A stretch of DNA of 38,636 nt, from positions 1-38,636 of the IMG/VR virus record IMGVR_UViG_3300049144_000125. One strand, 5' to 3'. Source of the DNA: a virus (Duplodnaviria > Caudoviricetes). Positions 26,401 to 35,772 of the stretch are shown in pieces. Numbering within the stretch: position 1 is the first letter of the stretch; the number at the start of each line of letters is the position of its first letter. Under the pieces are notes generated by a model. It ran no database searches. It was not told where the DNA came from and worked only from the letters and a program-made list of their open reading frames with translations. Both the position numbers and the translations under genes were made by a program.

Positions 26401-27538
26401 GATTGGATATTCCTACAAAGTTCCCTTCAGCATCGGTTATTGCAATCCCCATACTCTCCATCATTTTGCTGTTTTCTTCGGATGGATCTAAAAGTCCGAG
26501 AAGGGCGGCACGTAAAGTTGTCCCAGCTTGTTCACCTTGCATTCCGGCATTAGTCATAATACCAATAGCACCAGATAGCTCTTCCATGCTGACTCCAAGT
26601 GCTGCCGCTGGCGGACCGGCGTACTTCAGGGCATATTGCATATCTGTGAGATCAGCTGCAGATTGATTAGCGGTTTGCGCTAATATATCCGCAACCCTAC
26701 TTGCTTCTGAGGCTTCCAATCCGAAAATAGATAATGAAGAAGCCATAACATCCGCAGTTTGAGCCATATCGGAACCAGATGCTTCTGCTGCACTAATAAC
26801 GCCAGGCATAGCACCTAATATTTCCTCCACAGTGAAGCCCATTGCAGCTAAACTTTCTTGACCGGCTGCGACTTCACTTGCAGATTTACTTGTAGAGGCA
26901 CCTAATTCTAATGCAGCATCTTTTAATTTGGTTACTTCCTCTGCAGTTGCCCCAGAAATTGCAGCTACCTTGGACATTTGCGCCTCAAACTCTTTAGCTG
27001 TATTGACAGATACAAGTCCTAGACCAGCAATCGGAGCAGAAATATACATGGACATAGATTTACCAAAGTCTTTCATGCCATTTCCTATGCCTGTCAATTT
27101 AGAACCTGTTTTCTCAGCAGAATCACTCAGTTTTCCCCATCCAGATTCAGAAAGTTGTTGTTCTTTTGTAAGTTTATTTAATTCGTCACGAACTTTACCT
27201 ACATTACGTTCTAAATTATTTAAAGAAGAAACTTCATTGTTGTAGCTTTTAGCAGCCTTATCCGCTTCTTTAGAACCTTCACCATGTTCTTTTACCATCT
27301 TTTCATAGCTTTTTAGAGCTTTATCAGTGATAGCCTTTTGGACTTCTAACTTCTTATTTAATCCTTGTAAACGAGTTTCATATTTACCTAATGACTTATC
27401 GCCACTATCAAATGCGGACAAATTCGCCTTCATTTCACTATTAACTAACTTTAATTTTGATTTCAAGTCAGTTAGTCCACTTTCAAGTTTTAACGTATCC
27501 AATCCAAGCCCTATTGATAATCCTTCAATTCTCTCCAT
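23477..27538 (-). CDS. Tail tape measure protein (TP901-type core) with C-terminal lytic transglycosylase domain
   Basis: FEAQMSKVAAISGAT core, periodic W/F repeats, QIQRESGGN...ARGLLQYIPQTF SLT motif. Confidence 0.95.
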   Translation of the reverse strand: MERIEGLSIGLGLDTLKLESGLTDLKSKLKLVNSEMKANLSAFDSGDKSLGKYETRLQGLNKKLEVQKAITDKALKSYEKMVKEHGEGSKEADKAAKSYNNEVSSLNNLERNVGKVRDELNKLTKEQQLSESGWGKLSDSAEKTGSKLTGIGNGMKDFGKSMSMYISAPIAGLGLVSVNTAKEFEAQMSKVAAISGATAEEVTKLKDAALELGASTSKSASEVAAGQESLAAMGFTVEEILGAMPGVISAAEASGSDMAQTADVMASSLSIFGLEASEASRVADILAQTANQSAADLTDMQYALKYAGPPAAALGVSMEELSGAIGIMTNAGMQGEQAGTTLRAALLGLLDPSEENSKMMESMGIAITDAEGNFVGISNLITNLSESMEGQTETQKAATLASLVGTEAVSGMLSLMKAGPDEIDKMTKALENSGGASEKASAIMKENLKGALDGLQGAIETAGIKVGTILTPGIKSLTEFTQGLVQKFLDITPATQKVIVVLGLLLAGLGPLLAVGGLFIGFLGSFLTGLSTLFPTIAKAGGLLKWLRLGLVALTGPVGIVIGVLTLLGTGFILLYKNSETFRNAVHNMLGKIKELAQNALKAIQPAIQAVVKFFKDQLVTLQKFWDSNGQVIMDALSNIGKVIQVVFTAIVEVIKFSMPLIQLIIQSVWENIKGVISGALNIIMGLVKVFSGLLTGDFAKMWEGIKQVFLGSLDFIWNFMQLMFWGNMLKGILSLGKLLVSAFKNSWASINNIFSTVINWIVDFVKKQFTSMENTTNTIMSTIAKFISTIWNGIYKFFVSIMKSIFDLVKNRFTTLKDTIQTIFTGVRDLTKTIWDSIKDAVYTPVKNAVKNTLERFNGLKSNISDIFKAIKKNVGGYVSDMVKTVKDMPQKMADGIAKGKTALSNGAKKMGNGLIGGVGWGVNKALDGVDWILKKLGSKKRLGNWEVPQYATGTPNGGHKGGLARIGDGNKHELVSLPNGKMFMSPNRDTLVNLPKGTEVLSGDKTSQLFDGNVPAYKNGSGGWLDNVISGTKNAFSKVKDWGADIWDWVKDKASIGKLLANKISSYGMGSLSGIPMELAKGSVKKAIEAGKSMLFNEAGEGGGGDVSPAGKGIARWRPVIKRAAAVMKESISNAEVNGILKQIQRESGGNEKIVQSSAVWDVNTAAGNPARGLLQYIPQTFNAYKMKRHNNIYSGYDQLLAFFNNKTWRRDLPYGKRGWSPRGGRKFETGGLVKNDGLYNLAEGGWPEWVIPTDPSRRTDAMKLLALAGKDIQGNKRPHQLPNVGNNNNNNDGLLQAVLEQNRILMALLQSSQNIERKPVISEGDIGRAYDRHDAKQSIKHAIYSGRGAY

Positions 27539-27572
27539 CAATCACCCTCCCTTCACATGCCAAAAAAAGCCC

Positions 27573-27785
27573 CTATCCTCCGAATGCGGCAATTAGGGAC
27601 TTTTCCTGTTTTGGCTTATTTTGTTCATTGAGGATTTCAATTAAAAAGTGATAAGGCATATTTAAAACTTCATTGATGTCCTTCCCATCTTTCACAAGAT
27701 TAAGGATGAGTTTGTCCATGTATTCCTTTTGTTTGGCTGGGGAAAAGTCCTCATCCTTTAGACTTTCTTCGCCAAATACTTTTTT
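27573..27785 (-). CDS. Tail assembly chaperone C-terminal extension (gpT equivalent), reached by -1 frameshift
   Basis: The -1 frame is open from the slippery site: KVFGEESLKDEDFSPAKQKEYMDKLILNLVKDGKDINEVLNMPYHFLIEILNEQNKPKQEKSLIAAFGG*. Confidence 0.85.
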   Translation of the reverse strand, partial: KKVFGEESLKDEDFSPAKQKEYMDKLILNLVKDGKDINEVLNMPYHFLIEILNEQNKPKQEKSLIAAFGG

Positions 27786-28120
27786 GTTTCATCGTTTTGA
27801 CGACCTTGAGCCACAAAGACAATTTGTTCTTGAAGAGTTTGAATAGCGTCAGGTGCGTGGAGTCCATCGAATAATTGTTCTTTTGTGAATTGTTTGTTAT
27901 AAATCTTGTTTGCTACAAAATCCAGCAATTTATCAATCATATCCTTCTCAGATGAAGCAGATTTTTCTTTTTCACTGTTATCAATATCTTGTGTAAGGTC
28001 TACAGCCTCATAAACTACGGAAAATGGGATAAAAACAGGAGTTAGATATTTTTCAGTAATAATCTCCCCTTCTTTTACGTCTTTCACCAATTCGATCATA
28101 TTACGTTTTAAGTTAGCCAT
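27758..28120 (-). CDS. Tail assembly chaperone (gpG equivalent)
   Basis: Lies between MTP and TMP; IYNKQFTKEQLFDGLHAPDA motif; slippery heptamer near its end. Confidence 0.88.
   Translation of the reverse strand: MANLKRNMIELVKDVKEGEIITEKYLTPVFIPFSVVYEAVDLTQDIDNSEKEKSASSEKDMIDKLLDFVANKIYNKQFTKEQLFDGLHAPDAIQTLQEQIVFVAQGRQNDETKKYLAKKV
27779..27785 (-). other. Programmed -1 frameshift site A AAA AAG
   Basis: GAA ACA AAA AAG TAT in the gpG frame; canonical bacterial slippery heptamer in correct phase. Confidence 0.85.
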
Positions 28121-28143
28121 TTTAACACGTCTCCTTTTCTAAT

Positions 28144-28168
28144 AAAAAAAAGCAGGATTACTCCTGCT
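28144..28168 (-). terminator. Terminator after major tail gene pair
   Basis: Minus strand AGCAGGA-GTAA-TCCTGCT-TTTTTTT. Confidence 0.8.
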
Positions 28169-28343
28169 CACTGATTTCCTTAATTAGTGGTTTACCAATC
28201 TTGTTTTTAGATGAAGAAAGTTCCTTGATGCGCTCTTTGCTAACTTTCTTGTTAGCCGGGTTGGGAAAAGTGGACCCTGTAGTGTATACCTTATTTTTAT
28301 CTTCCAAATCCTTAAAATCATGAATCACTTCGTATTTACTCAT
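28158..28343 (-). CDS. Small phage structural-module protein
   Basis: 61 aa tightly packed after MTP; YEVIHDFKD...Y..G..FP...ERIKEL...N..G.PLI pattern. Confidence 0.8.
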   Translation of the reverse strand: MSKYEVIHDFKDLEDKNKVYTTGSTFPNPANKKVSKERIKELSSSKNKIGKPLIKEISEQE

Positions 28344-28346
28344 ACC

Positions 28347-28958
28347 TTACGCCCCCTCAGGTACAGTGGTACCAGGATATGATTGGCCGAATACTGCAGT
28401 GAACAAAGCATCACGCTGTACAGTTACACCCTTAGCATCCCGTCCAAAAATAACGGATTTTTCCTCATTAAAGCCAGCAACCTCACGATCCATAAATTCA
28501 GCTGAAATTTCTTCAGAAGAAAACTCAACGCCATCTTGTTTGGTTTGCCCTTCCATGTTCGGGCGCATGAAAATGCCTTTTGTTAAACCTACCCATTCTT
28601 TTGATCCATCTTCATAGGTTTTTGCAAACACACAAGCAACATATGGAGGAGTGTCGTTAGATCCATAAGAATACAAGCCTCCTGCTGTTTTCTCCAATCC
28701 AAACAGTACAGCCTTATCTTCATCAGGCAACTTGTGAAAAGCAGATGTAATGGTCGTATTCCCACTAGAAACTGCAATTTCAGCCGTTTGATTATCACCA
28801 TAAGCTCTCACTGCTTCCTGTGGCATTTCAATACTGATAGTTTGTAAAAACTTCACTCGTTCTGGTGTTCCCAGGGTTACTGCAGTCCCTGTTTCATCAA
28901 TCGCTGCATAGTAAAATTCATCTACCCCTGTGGAAGATCTATAACTTTTTTCTGGCAT
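28347..28958 (-). CDS. Major tail protein (phi13-like family)
   Basis: TGVDEFYYA, AYGDN, PPYVACVF, WVGLTKGIF; expected position. Confidence 0.92.
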   Translation of the reverse strand: MPEKSYRSSTGVDEFYYAAIDETGTAVTLGTPERVKFLQTISIEMPQEAVRAYGDNQTAEIAVSSGNTTITSAFHKLPDEDKAVLFGLEKTAGGLYSYGSNDTPPYVACVFAKTYEDGSKEWVGLTKGIFMRPNMEGQTKQDGVEFSSEEISAEFMDREVAGFNEEKSVIFGRDAKGVTVQRDALFTAVFGQSYPGTTVPEGA

Positions 28959-28984
28959 TCTACTTCACTCCTAATTTAAGTTTT

Positions 28985-29371
28985 TTAAATCTCGAATTCT
29001 TCTGTGTAAGCCTTACCTCGATACCTCCGAGCATCCCGATAGATACCTGTGTCTTTATCGTACTCATCCACACCGCCAGCAAAATAACCAAAACCAATTG
29101 ATCTCATAACTTTTTGGACCCGATTGGACAATTCCTTTGTTACTAATCGGTTTTTCGTCCACACATCAATTTGATATAGGTAATCATCTGTGATGGGTAT
29201 GTTATCACCATAATCGGCTGATTGTGGAGGGCCTAACGGATCGATGACGATGTATGGTCCGGATATATCACCAGTGGGTGGATATTCATAAAATTTTATG
29301 CGCCCAGACGCTTGCCCTTTGATGTACTCATCCGAAAGGAGCCCATTATAAATAACCATCATCATATCCAT
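28985..29371 (-). CDS. Tail terminator/completion protein
   Basis: RIKFYEYP, YQIDVWT, YRDARRYRG; directly before MTP. Confidence 0.85.
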   Translation of the reverse strand: MDMMMVIYNGLLSDEYIKGQASGRIKFYEYPPTGDISGPYIVIDPLGPPQSADYGDNIPITDDYLYQIDVWTKNRLVTKELSNRVQKVMRSIGFGYFAGGVDEYDKDTGIYRDARRYRGKAYTEEFEI

Positions 29372-29763
29372 TAGAATCCCTCCTTTATAACCCTTTTGAT
29401 GGTATCGCGATATTCCTTCTCTGCATTCCTCATGGCCCTGGCTATTGCTCCCTTACCTTTTGGATTCGGGTTTTTCACAGTGCCAAATTCGTTCAAGTGG
29501 ATTATCCTGTATCGATCTTTAGGTCCAGTCCAATGAATTTTTATTGTGCGAGAACCATTCACCCACATTGGTTCGGAAATGGTCATTTCATCTATGGATG
29601 CTCCTGTATCCTTAAAGGATTCAAATTGACTCTTTAGTTCCCTGACAAAAACCTCGGCCCCTTTTTTAAGAGCCATGTCGCTTAATTGCTGCACCTTCAA
29701 TTTCCCGATATGTTTTTCTATATCCGCAAGCAATTTCTTTTCACCTGTCAATTTCACACTCAT
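29371..29763 (-). CDS. HK97 gp10-like neck protein
   Basis: FKDTGAS, RYRIIHLNEFG; expected position. Confidence 0.85.
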   Translation of the reverse strand: MSVKLTGEKKLLADIEKHIGKLKVQQLSDMALKKGAEVFVRELKSQFESFKDTGASIDEMTISEPMWVNGSRTIKIHWTGPKDRYRIIHLNEFGTVKNPNPKGKGAIARAMRNAEKEYRDTIKRVIKEGF

Positions 29764-30128
29764 TCTGTTAGCCCTGCCACTATAGTGATAAATCCTTTGT
29801 TTTGTAAGTCAGGTTGAACGTGTTTGACGTTAAATCGCTTGTCATGGTATTCAGAAGCATCGATAGAAAGAAAATGCTTATTATTAGGGATAAAATTCGC
29901 TTGTGGATCTCGTATCGTAATGGTGATATCAGATAAGGTCCCATTTGCTTTAGCAATCTCCAAATCTTTCAACCAAACATTATCAATTTTGGCCCATGCC
30001 TTATAGAGAGTATTTTTTTCAGACTCACCTGGCTCGGGCCCTTCATTTGCTGCATATTCATAAAACGTAATGGGAGTTCGCAAATCTCCCGTATTAACCC
30101 TTGGAGGTTTATATTTAAATGGTTGCAT
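29760..30128 (-). CDS. Head closure / head-tail adaptor protein
   Basis: GDLRTPITFY, WAKID, TITIRDP; start MQPFK after GAAGGTGA. Confidence 0.85.
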   Translation of the reverse strand: MQPFKYKPPRVNTGDLRTPITFYEYAANEGPEPGESEKNTLYKAWAKIDNVWLKDLEIAKANGTLSDITITIRDPQANFIPNNKHFLSIDASEYHDKRFNVKHVQPDLQNKGFITIVAGLTE

Positions 30129-30408
30129 CAGCTTCACCTTCTTCAAAAGCAATCGACATCGCTAGACTATTAATCTGTGATAGAAAATTACTGTTGAAAT
30201 ATTCAAGGGCATCATTGTAAGTATAGCGAGTCCTCTCTAAAACAAGTTCCCTTGCTATATCGTTTTTCTCGATTTCGAATGGACCGCATTTAAATTTAAT
30301 ATCAGCAATGGAAAAGGACAACAATCGTATTAAATTGTCGTCCTCATCATGAGTTATATGCATCCGTTCTTTAAATTCTTCCAGTAGCTCTGGTGTTACT
30401 ACCTCCAT
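30115..30408 (-). CDS. Head-tail connector (gp6-like)
   Basis: LLEEFKERMHITHDEDDNL, ELVLERTRY.YND.LEYF. Confidence 0.88.
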   Translation of the reverse strand: MEVVTPELLEEFKERMHITHDEDDNLIRLLSFSIADIKFKCGPFEIEKNDIARELVLERTRYTYNDALEYFNSNFLSQINSLAMSIAFEEGEADATI

Positions 30409-30422
30409 TTACCTCACTCCAA

Positions 30423-31580
30423 TCAAGCTCCGGCTGGTGCAGTTGGGAACGTAATATCCAGATCATAAACCAATGCAGCTTTATTATCCTTTGGTTTACC
30501 ATTCGCGAATTGTTTGATTGTATAAAGAGTCGCGTCTTCAATAGCCAATGTTTGATCGAATTTTTTAAGTTTGTAACCACCGGCAATAGCAGCTAAGTAC
30601 CGACCTTTCACGAAGAAAATTGCCTTTCCAACAGGTACCTCTTCGGATTCCACAACTTGAATATTGTACGGAAGTGCCATAACCCATTGACCGTTAGTTG
30701 TTTGAATTGTGTTACGCGCTTGAACGCCGATTGCATCAACAGGGTTTACTACCATGACCACCTTATTTAAGACTTTAAGAGATTTACCATCAGCATCAGT
30801 AGAAAGAGCTTTAACAACTTCGTAAAGTTCTCCAGCAATAGTTTCGCCATATTGAGAAGGAGCGAAAGTTAATGTGCCACTTGATACTTTGTCAGTGATA
30901 GCACTTGTACTAGGATCAACATTTTTCAATAATCCTACTGGCTCGTTCACTCCTGGTCCTCTTCCATTTACATAACCAAATTCCAACCCTACAGAATAGG
31001 TTTCAACAAGCAATGTACGTACATAACGTTCAACCCAAATTGGCCCAAGTTCTAGCATATCGTTTGGGATAACCGCAAACGCAGTAAGTTTGAATTGACT
31101 AATTGTTTCTTCACCAAATGCTGCATTAACTTGACCTTTAATATCGCCAAATAATTTACCCCATGCATAAGCCTTAGTAGCATCCGAAGTAATAAACCGT
31201 GTAACTGCTCCTAAATCTTGCAAGCCTAAAGCGTCAAGTAATGGGTGTTCCTGTACTAAGTCCTCAAATACACGCTCTTGGGTAGTTACAGGAAGAATTG
31301 AATCATCTTTGAATCCACCATCTAATACAGCAACATTAAAGAATTTAGTTTCTTCAGAAGTTAAAACATTTTGTCCGCGTTGTTGAAGGATTGAATGATC
31401 TAACATTTCATTATTTACTTGTGAAGTGATCGCTGCAGCCACTTCTGTTTGCAATGCTTCAAAATAATTTTCATATGCTTCCGTTTGTTCTTTTTCTGTT
31501 ACTTCCTCTTTTGATAAAACTGCTGTTAATGCTGTTTTTGCATTTTTAAATGTCTCTGATTTGTTAAATTTAATTGTCAT
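30423..31580 (-). CDS. Major capsid protein (HK97 fold)
   Basis: 385 aa; ILPVTTQERVFEDL..EHPLL, AWG..FG.IKGQ, NG.G...EPVGLL. Confidence 0.95.
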   Translation of the reverse strand: MTIKFNKSETFKNAKTALTAVLSKEEVTEKEQTEAYENYFEALQTEVAAAITSQVNNEMLDHSILQQRGQNVLTSEETKFFNVAVLDGGFKDDSILPVTTQERVFEDLVQEHPLLDALGLQDLGAVTRFITSDATKAYAWGKLFGDIKGQVNAAFGEETISQFKLTAFAVIPNDMLELGPIWVERYVRTLLVETYSVGLEFGYVNGRGPGVNEPVGLLKNVDPSTSAITDKVSSGTLTFAPSQYGETIAGELYEVVKALSTDADGKSLKVLNKVVMVVNPVDAIGVQARNTIQTTNGQWVMALPYNIQVVESEEVPVGKAIFFVKGRYLAAIAGGYKLKKFDQTLAIEDATLYTIKQFANGKPKDNKAALVYDLDITFPTAPAGA

Positions 31581-31606
31581 TATTAAATTCCTCCGTTTTT
31601 TTGAAA

Positions 31607-32338
31607 TTAAAAAATCCTTACAGCTCTGTTTTGTTTAACAGGTGCAGGATTTTTCGGTTCCGTATTTTTTAATTGGTCTAATTCATTTTGCAAAGCTTGC
31701 ATTTGAGTTTTTAATTGTGTGAGTTCTTCGTTGTCTTCCACAGTTGAAGATGTGGCGGTGGATGTAGCGAAGCCAATTTCAACAGCTTCATTCGCACTAA
31801 ACCAAGTTTCGTTATCAACCATTGTTTTAATTTCTTCACGTTCAATATTAGCTTTCATCATGTAAATATCAATGATGCCATCTTCGAGTTTTTCAAGTAC
31901 ATCTGCTTCTTTACGGAAATGGTTTTTAGTACCCCAAACTATTGTACTCGCTTCATGAATCATAATCATTGAACCTGCACCCATAATCAATTCATCTGCA
32001 GCCATTGCAATTACAGATGCTGCTGAGCATGCCCAACCATCAACGTGTACAGTTACTTTACCTTCATGTTTTTTCAAACGGTTATAAATAGCAATCCCGT
32101 CAAATGCATCACCACCAGGCGAATTAAGGTGAATAACCAAGTCGTTTGAACCTGCTTGTTTTAAAGCCATATCGACGTCTGCTGCAGATGTGGAATCATC
32201 CCACCATGAATCGCCGATAATCCCGTAAATTGTTAATGTAGATTCATTCTTTTCCTCATCGTGGGCAACAGCAAAGTTATGAGGAATACTTTTTAATTGC
32301 TCTTCGTATTTTTCGTTTTTAAATTTCAGGAATTTCAT
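31607..32338 (-). CDS. ClpP-like prohead protease
   Basis: LNSPGGDAFDGIAIYN, ACSAASVIAMA, IMIHEAS, ETWFSA.EAV..GFA. Confidence 0.95.
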   Translation of the reverse strand: MKFLKFKNEKYEEQLKSIPHNFAVAHDEEKNESTLTIYGIIGDSWWDDSTSAADVDMALKQAGSNDLVIHLNSPGGDAFDGIAIYNRLKKHEGKVTVHVDGWACSAASVIAMAADELIMGAGSMIMIHEASTIVWGTKNHFRKEADVLEKLEDGIIDIYMMKANIEREEIKTMVDNETWFSANEAVEIGFATSTATSSTVEDNEELTQLKTQMQALQNELDQLKNTEPKNPAPVKQNRAVRIF

Positions 32339-33480
32339 TCTTTGTTCTCACCTCCTTCATCTGTTTGCATTTCAGCATAGTTCTTTGTAATATAATGTTT
32401 GTCCAAATTAGGGTCCTCTGAAGCTTCATACCCTACTTCTAATCTAATTTCATTACCAGTAAAGGCACTTGAAGAAATCAACTTATCAATGCTTGTAGCA
32501 AGATCAAATATATTTTGGTATGAAGGAGCCCGGACTTCTAATTCATTCCCATTAAAAAAATCCCTCTTTTCAAAAAATTTGGCTATTCCTTCATCCTTGA
32601 TTTTTTTGAGAATCGGATTGATTGTGTACATCATATAATTTTTTGTTACTTTCTCAACGTCTGCCATATCTCCACGAATAAGCGTTAATGGAATACCTAA
32701 TGCGGTTGCAACCTGATCAAAAAATCCACCTGTCACTTTATTGATTTCGTCCACAGATTGAATTCCGTTCGTGCTGCCAGTGAAATGCTCCTTATATTCA
32801 AAGCCTGGTTGTTCAGGTATAATTGCAACGTCTTTTTCTTCAATAGCCCTGTACATCTTGTTGATGAATTCTTGTAACTTTTCCAGTCCGTCTTTAGTTT
32901 TAGCTGTCGTAGCATCGACTTTAACAGTGGAACGGATTTGATTTTTACGTTTTTGCGAATTAAGCATTCTCCCAAACAAGTCCCCATAATCTTTAAACAA
33001 ACTATCTATTAAAGGTGCTAGGGATTCATTGCTGTACCGTAAATGGAATACTTCACTTTGCTTAAAAATTCTTTTAAAAGTGTAATCTTTAACTGTTACA
33101 TTCGAAAAGGTATCTTCAAATACCGCATATTCATTGTGTTCAAAGTCATCAGCGATCAATAAATCATCATCATCTGATTGAATGACAAGAGCTTCATTGT
33201 TGTAAATCAATTTGTACATGATTTCTTGCCAAAATGTGCTGGCTGTTTGGTTTTTATTTGGACGTACATTCAATCGATAATACAATTCATCTTTCACAAA
33301 TTTATCATTTTGTTTAATTCTAAATTCAGATTGACTAATGGTTCGAGCTAAAAAAGAAGCACATGTGTCAATTGCTAACTTTTTCATGTGTAATCGATTT
33401 GTGGTATCTTGAAATATATCAAAATCAAATATAAAACTTGCCTCACTATTACGATTTAAAAACAAATCCAAAAATCCCAA
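32335..33480 (-). CDS. Portal protein (HK97 family)
   Basis: YYRLNVRPNKNQTASTFW, VATALGIP, TGNEIR; follows terL. Confidence 0.95.
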   Translation of the reverse strand: MGFLDLFLNRNSEASFIFDFDIFQDTTNRLHMKKLAIDTCASFLARTISQSEFRIKQNDKFVKDELYYRLNVRPNKNQTASTFWQEIMYKLIYNNEALVIQSDDDDLLIADDFEHNEYAVFEDTFSNVTVKDYTFKRIFKQSEVFHLRYSNESLAPLIDSLFKDYGDLFGRMLNSQKRKNQIRSTVKVDATTAKTKDGLEKLQEFINKMYRAIEEKDVAIIPEQPGFEYKEHFTGSTNGIQSVDEINKVTGGFFDQVATALGIPLTLIRGDMADVEKVTKNYMMYTINPILKKIKDEGIAKFFEKRDFFNGNELEVRAPSYQNIFDLATSIDKLISSSAFTGNEIRLEVGYEASEDPNLDKHYITKNYAEMQTDEGGENKE

Positions 33481-33494
33481 TTTCTCACCTCCTT

Positions 33495-35171
33495 TTAAAA
33501 ATTAATATCAGCAAAGGCGAATGTTCCTCCCACGACAATTTCATCAGCTCGATACATGCCATGAACAAATGCCTGAAAACCATCTGTCTTACGTTTAACT
33601 GGTTCCTTTTTCTGATACTCTTTATTTCCGCGTTTATCAATAACAACAAGTACATTATTCGTGTACCAGCGTATCAACGGATTATCACCAAATATAATTT
33701 TATGATTAGCAAAAGCTGTTTCTATCCGTGGTGCTAACAAACTGTGGATAGCTCGTGGATTTTTAATAACCTCTACTTCAAATCCCTCTTCTTCAAATAA
33801 CGGTCTTAAAATTTCCATTCGAAAGTTATCTGCAATGATTTTTTTAATCACATAATGTTCTCGCATCTCTACAAACCATCGAACTATAGTGTGAGGATCA
33901 ATGGTCGGTGCATCAATAACAGACAATAAACCTTGCTCTTCCCACTCTCTAATAGGGGCTAATTTCTTTTGATTTTTCACATTATCACTTGCCTTTTTAG
34001 AATAAGCATAATGTTTGTCCACGAATTCCTTACGTACGAATGAATGAGTTTTAAAAATATAATTTTCTTCTTCGTCCCTAAATAAAAGACCGCATGCAGA
34101 AAAGTCACGAATGGAAGCAAAGTCTAAACACCCTATACATTCTTCGTTTAGAAGTTCGGGCATTTCACGATTGGTTGCCTCGATTTCTTCCCAAGTCGCT
34201 ACCGACTTTTCTAAATCAACCTTAGGAAGGTTCATTCGTTTCGTCATGAATTCCTCATAGTTTGATGGATCATCTTCAAGTTCTTCGTACTCTTCATGGA
34301 TTGTATCGAAAAGGCCCTGGGCATAATCACTGCGGGGCTCACACAACATTGGATTTGCTTTTTCCCACAGATTGGGATTGTCCGATTCTGATTCATCATC
34401 TAACTTACAAATAAACGGAAAGAGAGAATTCCAACGGGCCTCTCCCTTTAAAACTTTCATGGCTTTTTCCTTTTGTTTGTCTAAGAAGCCCTCACGAACA
34501 TATCCATCGGTACCAATATAGAACTCTCTAGGATTTGGTTTTTTACCAAGACCAGAAATATGAACGCGCACATCCTTGTTATCCTCATATTGATGGATTT
34601 CATCAAAGATTACAGCACCGTCCCGCAGTCCATCCTTCGTACCACCATTTGATGTTCTGAATGTAAAGATAGAATTGGTCTTCTTTGATACAACTTTAGT
34701 TAATGTTGCTTTAAAAGCACGCTGCAGCACTTCATGTTTTTTCACACATTTATAAGCTTCGTCAACTGATGTTTTGGCCTGTTCTTCACTATTGGCCACA
34801 ATTGAAATGTTATAGTCTTCAATTCCATGAAGTTCGCTAATAAGAAAATTTGAAATAACAGTAATCAAACCATTCTTCCCGCCACCACGGCCAAGCATCA
34901 AAAGGAATTTACGGAAGACCACTCGATTGTTCTTTTTCCAAAATAAAAAGACGAATGCTATTAAGAACTTTTGAAATGCAGTTAATGGAAAGTACCACTT
35001 CTCACCAAATGCAATGCAATTCTCAATCAAATCGTCATTGAAATAAACTTCATCATTATTAGTAATGTTTCTTTGTATAAATTGGATTAGCAGTATCCGC
35101 TCTTCGTTTAGTTTTATTTGTCCAGTTTCATACAGGTGAATATATTCATCAACATATTTTTGAATACTCAT
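33495..35171 (-). CDS. terL: Terminase large subunit
   Basis: Walker A GRGGGKNG, Walker B VIFDEIH, WEKANP, GCLDFA...D, RKTDG. Confidence 0.96.
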   Translation of the reverse strand: MSIQKYVDEYIHLYETGQIKLNEERILLIQFIQRNITNNDEVYFNDDLIENCIAFGEKWYFPLTAFQKFLIAFVFLFWKKNNRVVFRKFLLMLGRGGGKNGLITVISNFLISELHGIEDYNISIVANSEEQAKTSVDEAYKCVKKHEVLQRAFKATLTKVVSKKTNSIFTFRTSNGGTKDGLRDGAVIFDEIHQYEDNKDVRVHISGLGKKPNPREFYIGTDGYVREGFLDKQKEKAMKVLKGEARWNSLFPFICKLDDESESDNPNLWEKANPMLCEPRSDYAQGLFDTIHEEYEELEDDPSNYEEFMTKRMNLPKVDLEKSVATWEEIEATNREMPELLNEECIGCLDFASIRDFSACGLLFRDEEENYIFKTHSFVRKEFVDKHYAYSKKASDNVKNQKKLAPIREWEEQGLLSVIDAPTIDPHTIVRWFVEMREHYVIKKIIADNFRMEILRPLFEEEGFEVEVIKNPRAIHSLLAPRIETAFANHKIIFGDNPLIRWYTNNVLVVIDKRGNKEYQKKEPVKRKTDGFQAFVHGMYRADEIVVGGTFAFADINF

Positions 35172-35509
35172 ACTAAATCACTTGATTCATAATCACTCTT
35201 TTTTTCTTCCACAGTTGATGATGAAGAGGTAGGAACATGATTCCCGTTAGTAAAATTTATACTTTTTTCAAGTGCAATCATTTGTGAATTCAATTTACTC
35301 TTTTCGTTCATTGCTGGATGAGCTTTGATAAATTTTTGTGATCCATTTTCTATGACGATAGTTGCTCCGTCACGTTCAATGGCCTCATTGCATGCTAAAT
35401 CCAATTCCCGTAATTTAATGTACCGAATCACTTTATCGACTTCTAACAAGTCATCAGTGTCAATCCGCAGCAAGAGCTGTTCTTTCAGCTGCTCTAATGT
35501 TTCGCTCAT
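35168..35509 (-). CDS. terS: Terminase small subunit (P27 family)
   Basis: I.RDG.....NGSQKFIKAHPA motif; overlaps the terL start. Confidence 0.9.
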   Translation of the reverse strand: MSETLEQLKEQLLLRIDTDDLLEVDKVIRYIKLRELDLACNEAIERDGATIVIENGSQKFIKAHPAMNEKSKLNSQMIALEKSINFTNGNHVPTSSSSTVEEKKSDYESSDLV

Positions 35510-35511
35510 GC

Positions 35512-35635
35512 TACCCCCTCCCCTCTATCCATACCCCTTACGTGCGCGAATTACAAAAAAAAACATTTGCGAGTTAGGCCCCCTCCCCGGTCCCCGGGAA
35601 AAAAATAATTGCCAAAATCTTTTGGCGGGGGGTCT
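35512..35635. other. Candidate cos packaging region
   Basis: Locally GC-rich non-coding tract (CCCCCTCCCCGGTCCCCGGG, GGCGGGGGGTC) between HNH and terS, where cos lies in HNH-associated HK97-like phages. Confidence 0.5.
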
Positions 35636-35772
35636 ATTTACTCTTAAGAAAATTCCTGAAGATTGTTTTTCTTTGTACTTGTAATCGATTTATAAATAAT
35701 GGCTGTTGTTCATTAATTTCTTTTTCTAATTTCCTGCAGCAGCTGCTACACGATACATATCAGCCCATTTAA

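Noticed and set aside
23693-27596. Long plus-strand ORFs (e.g. 24120-25010, 25167-25649)
   Set aside because: Antisense shadows of the tape measure gene arising from codon bias; no RBS or motifs
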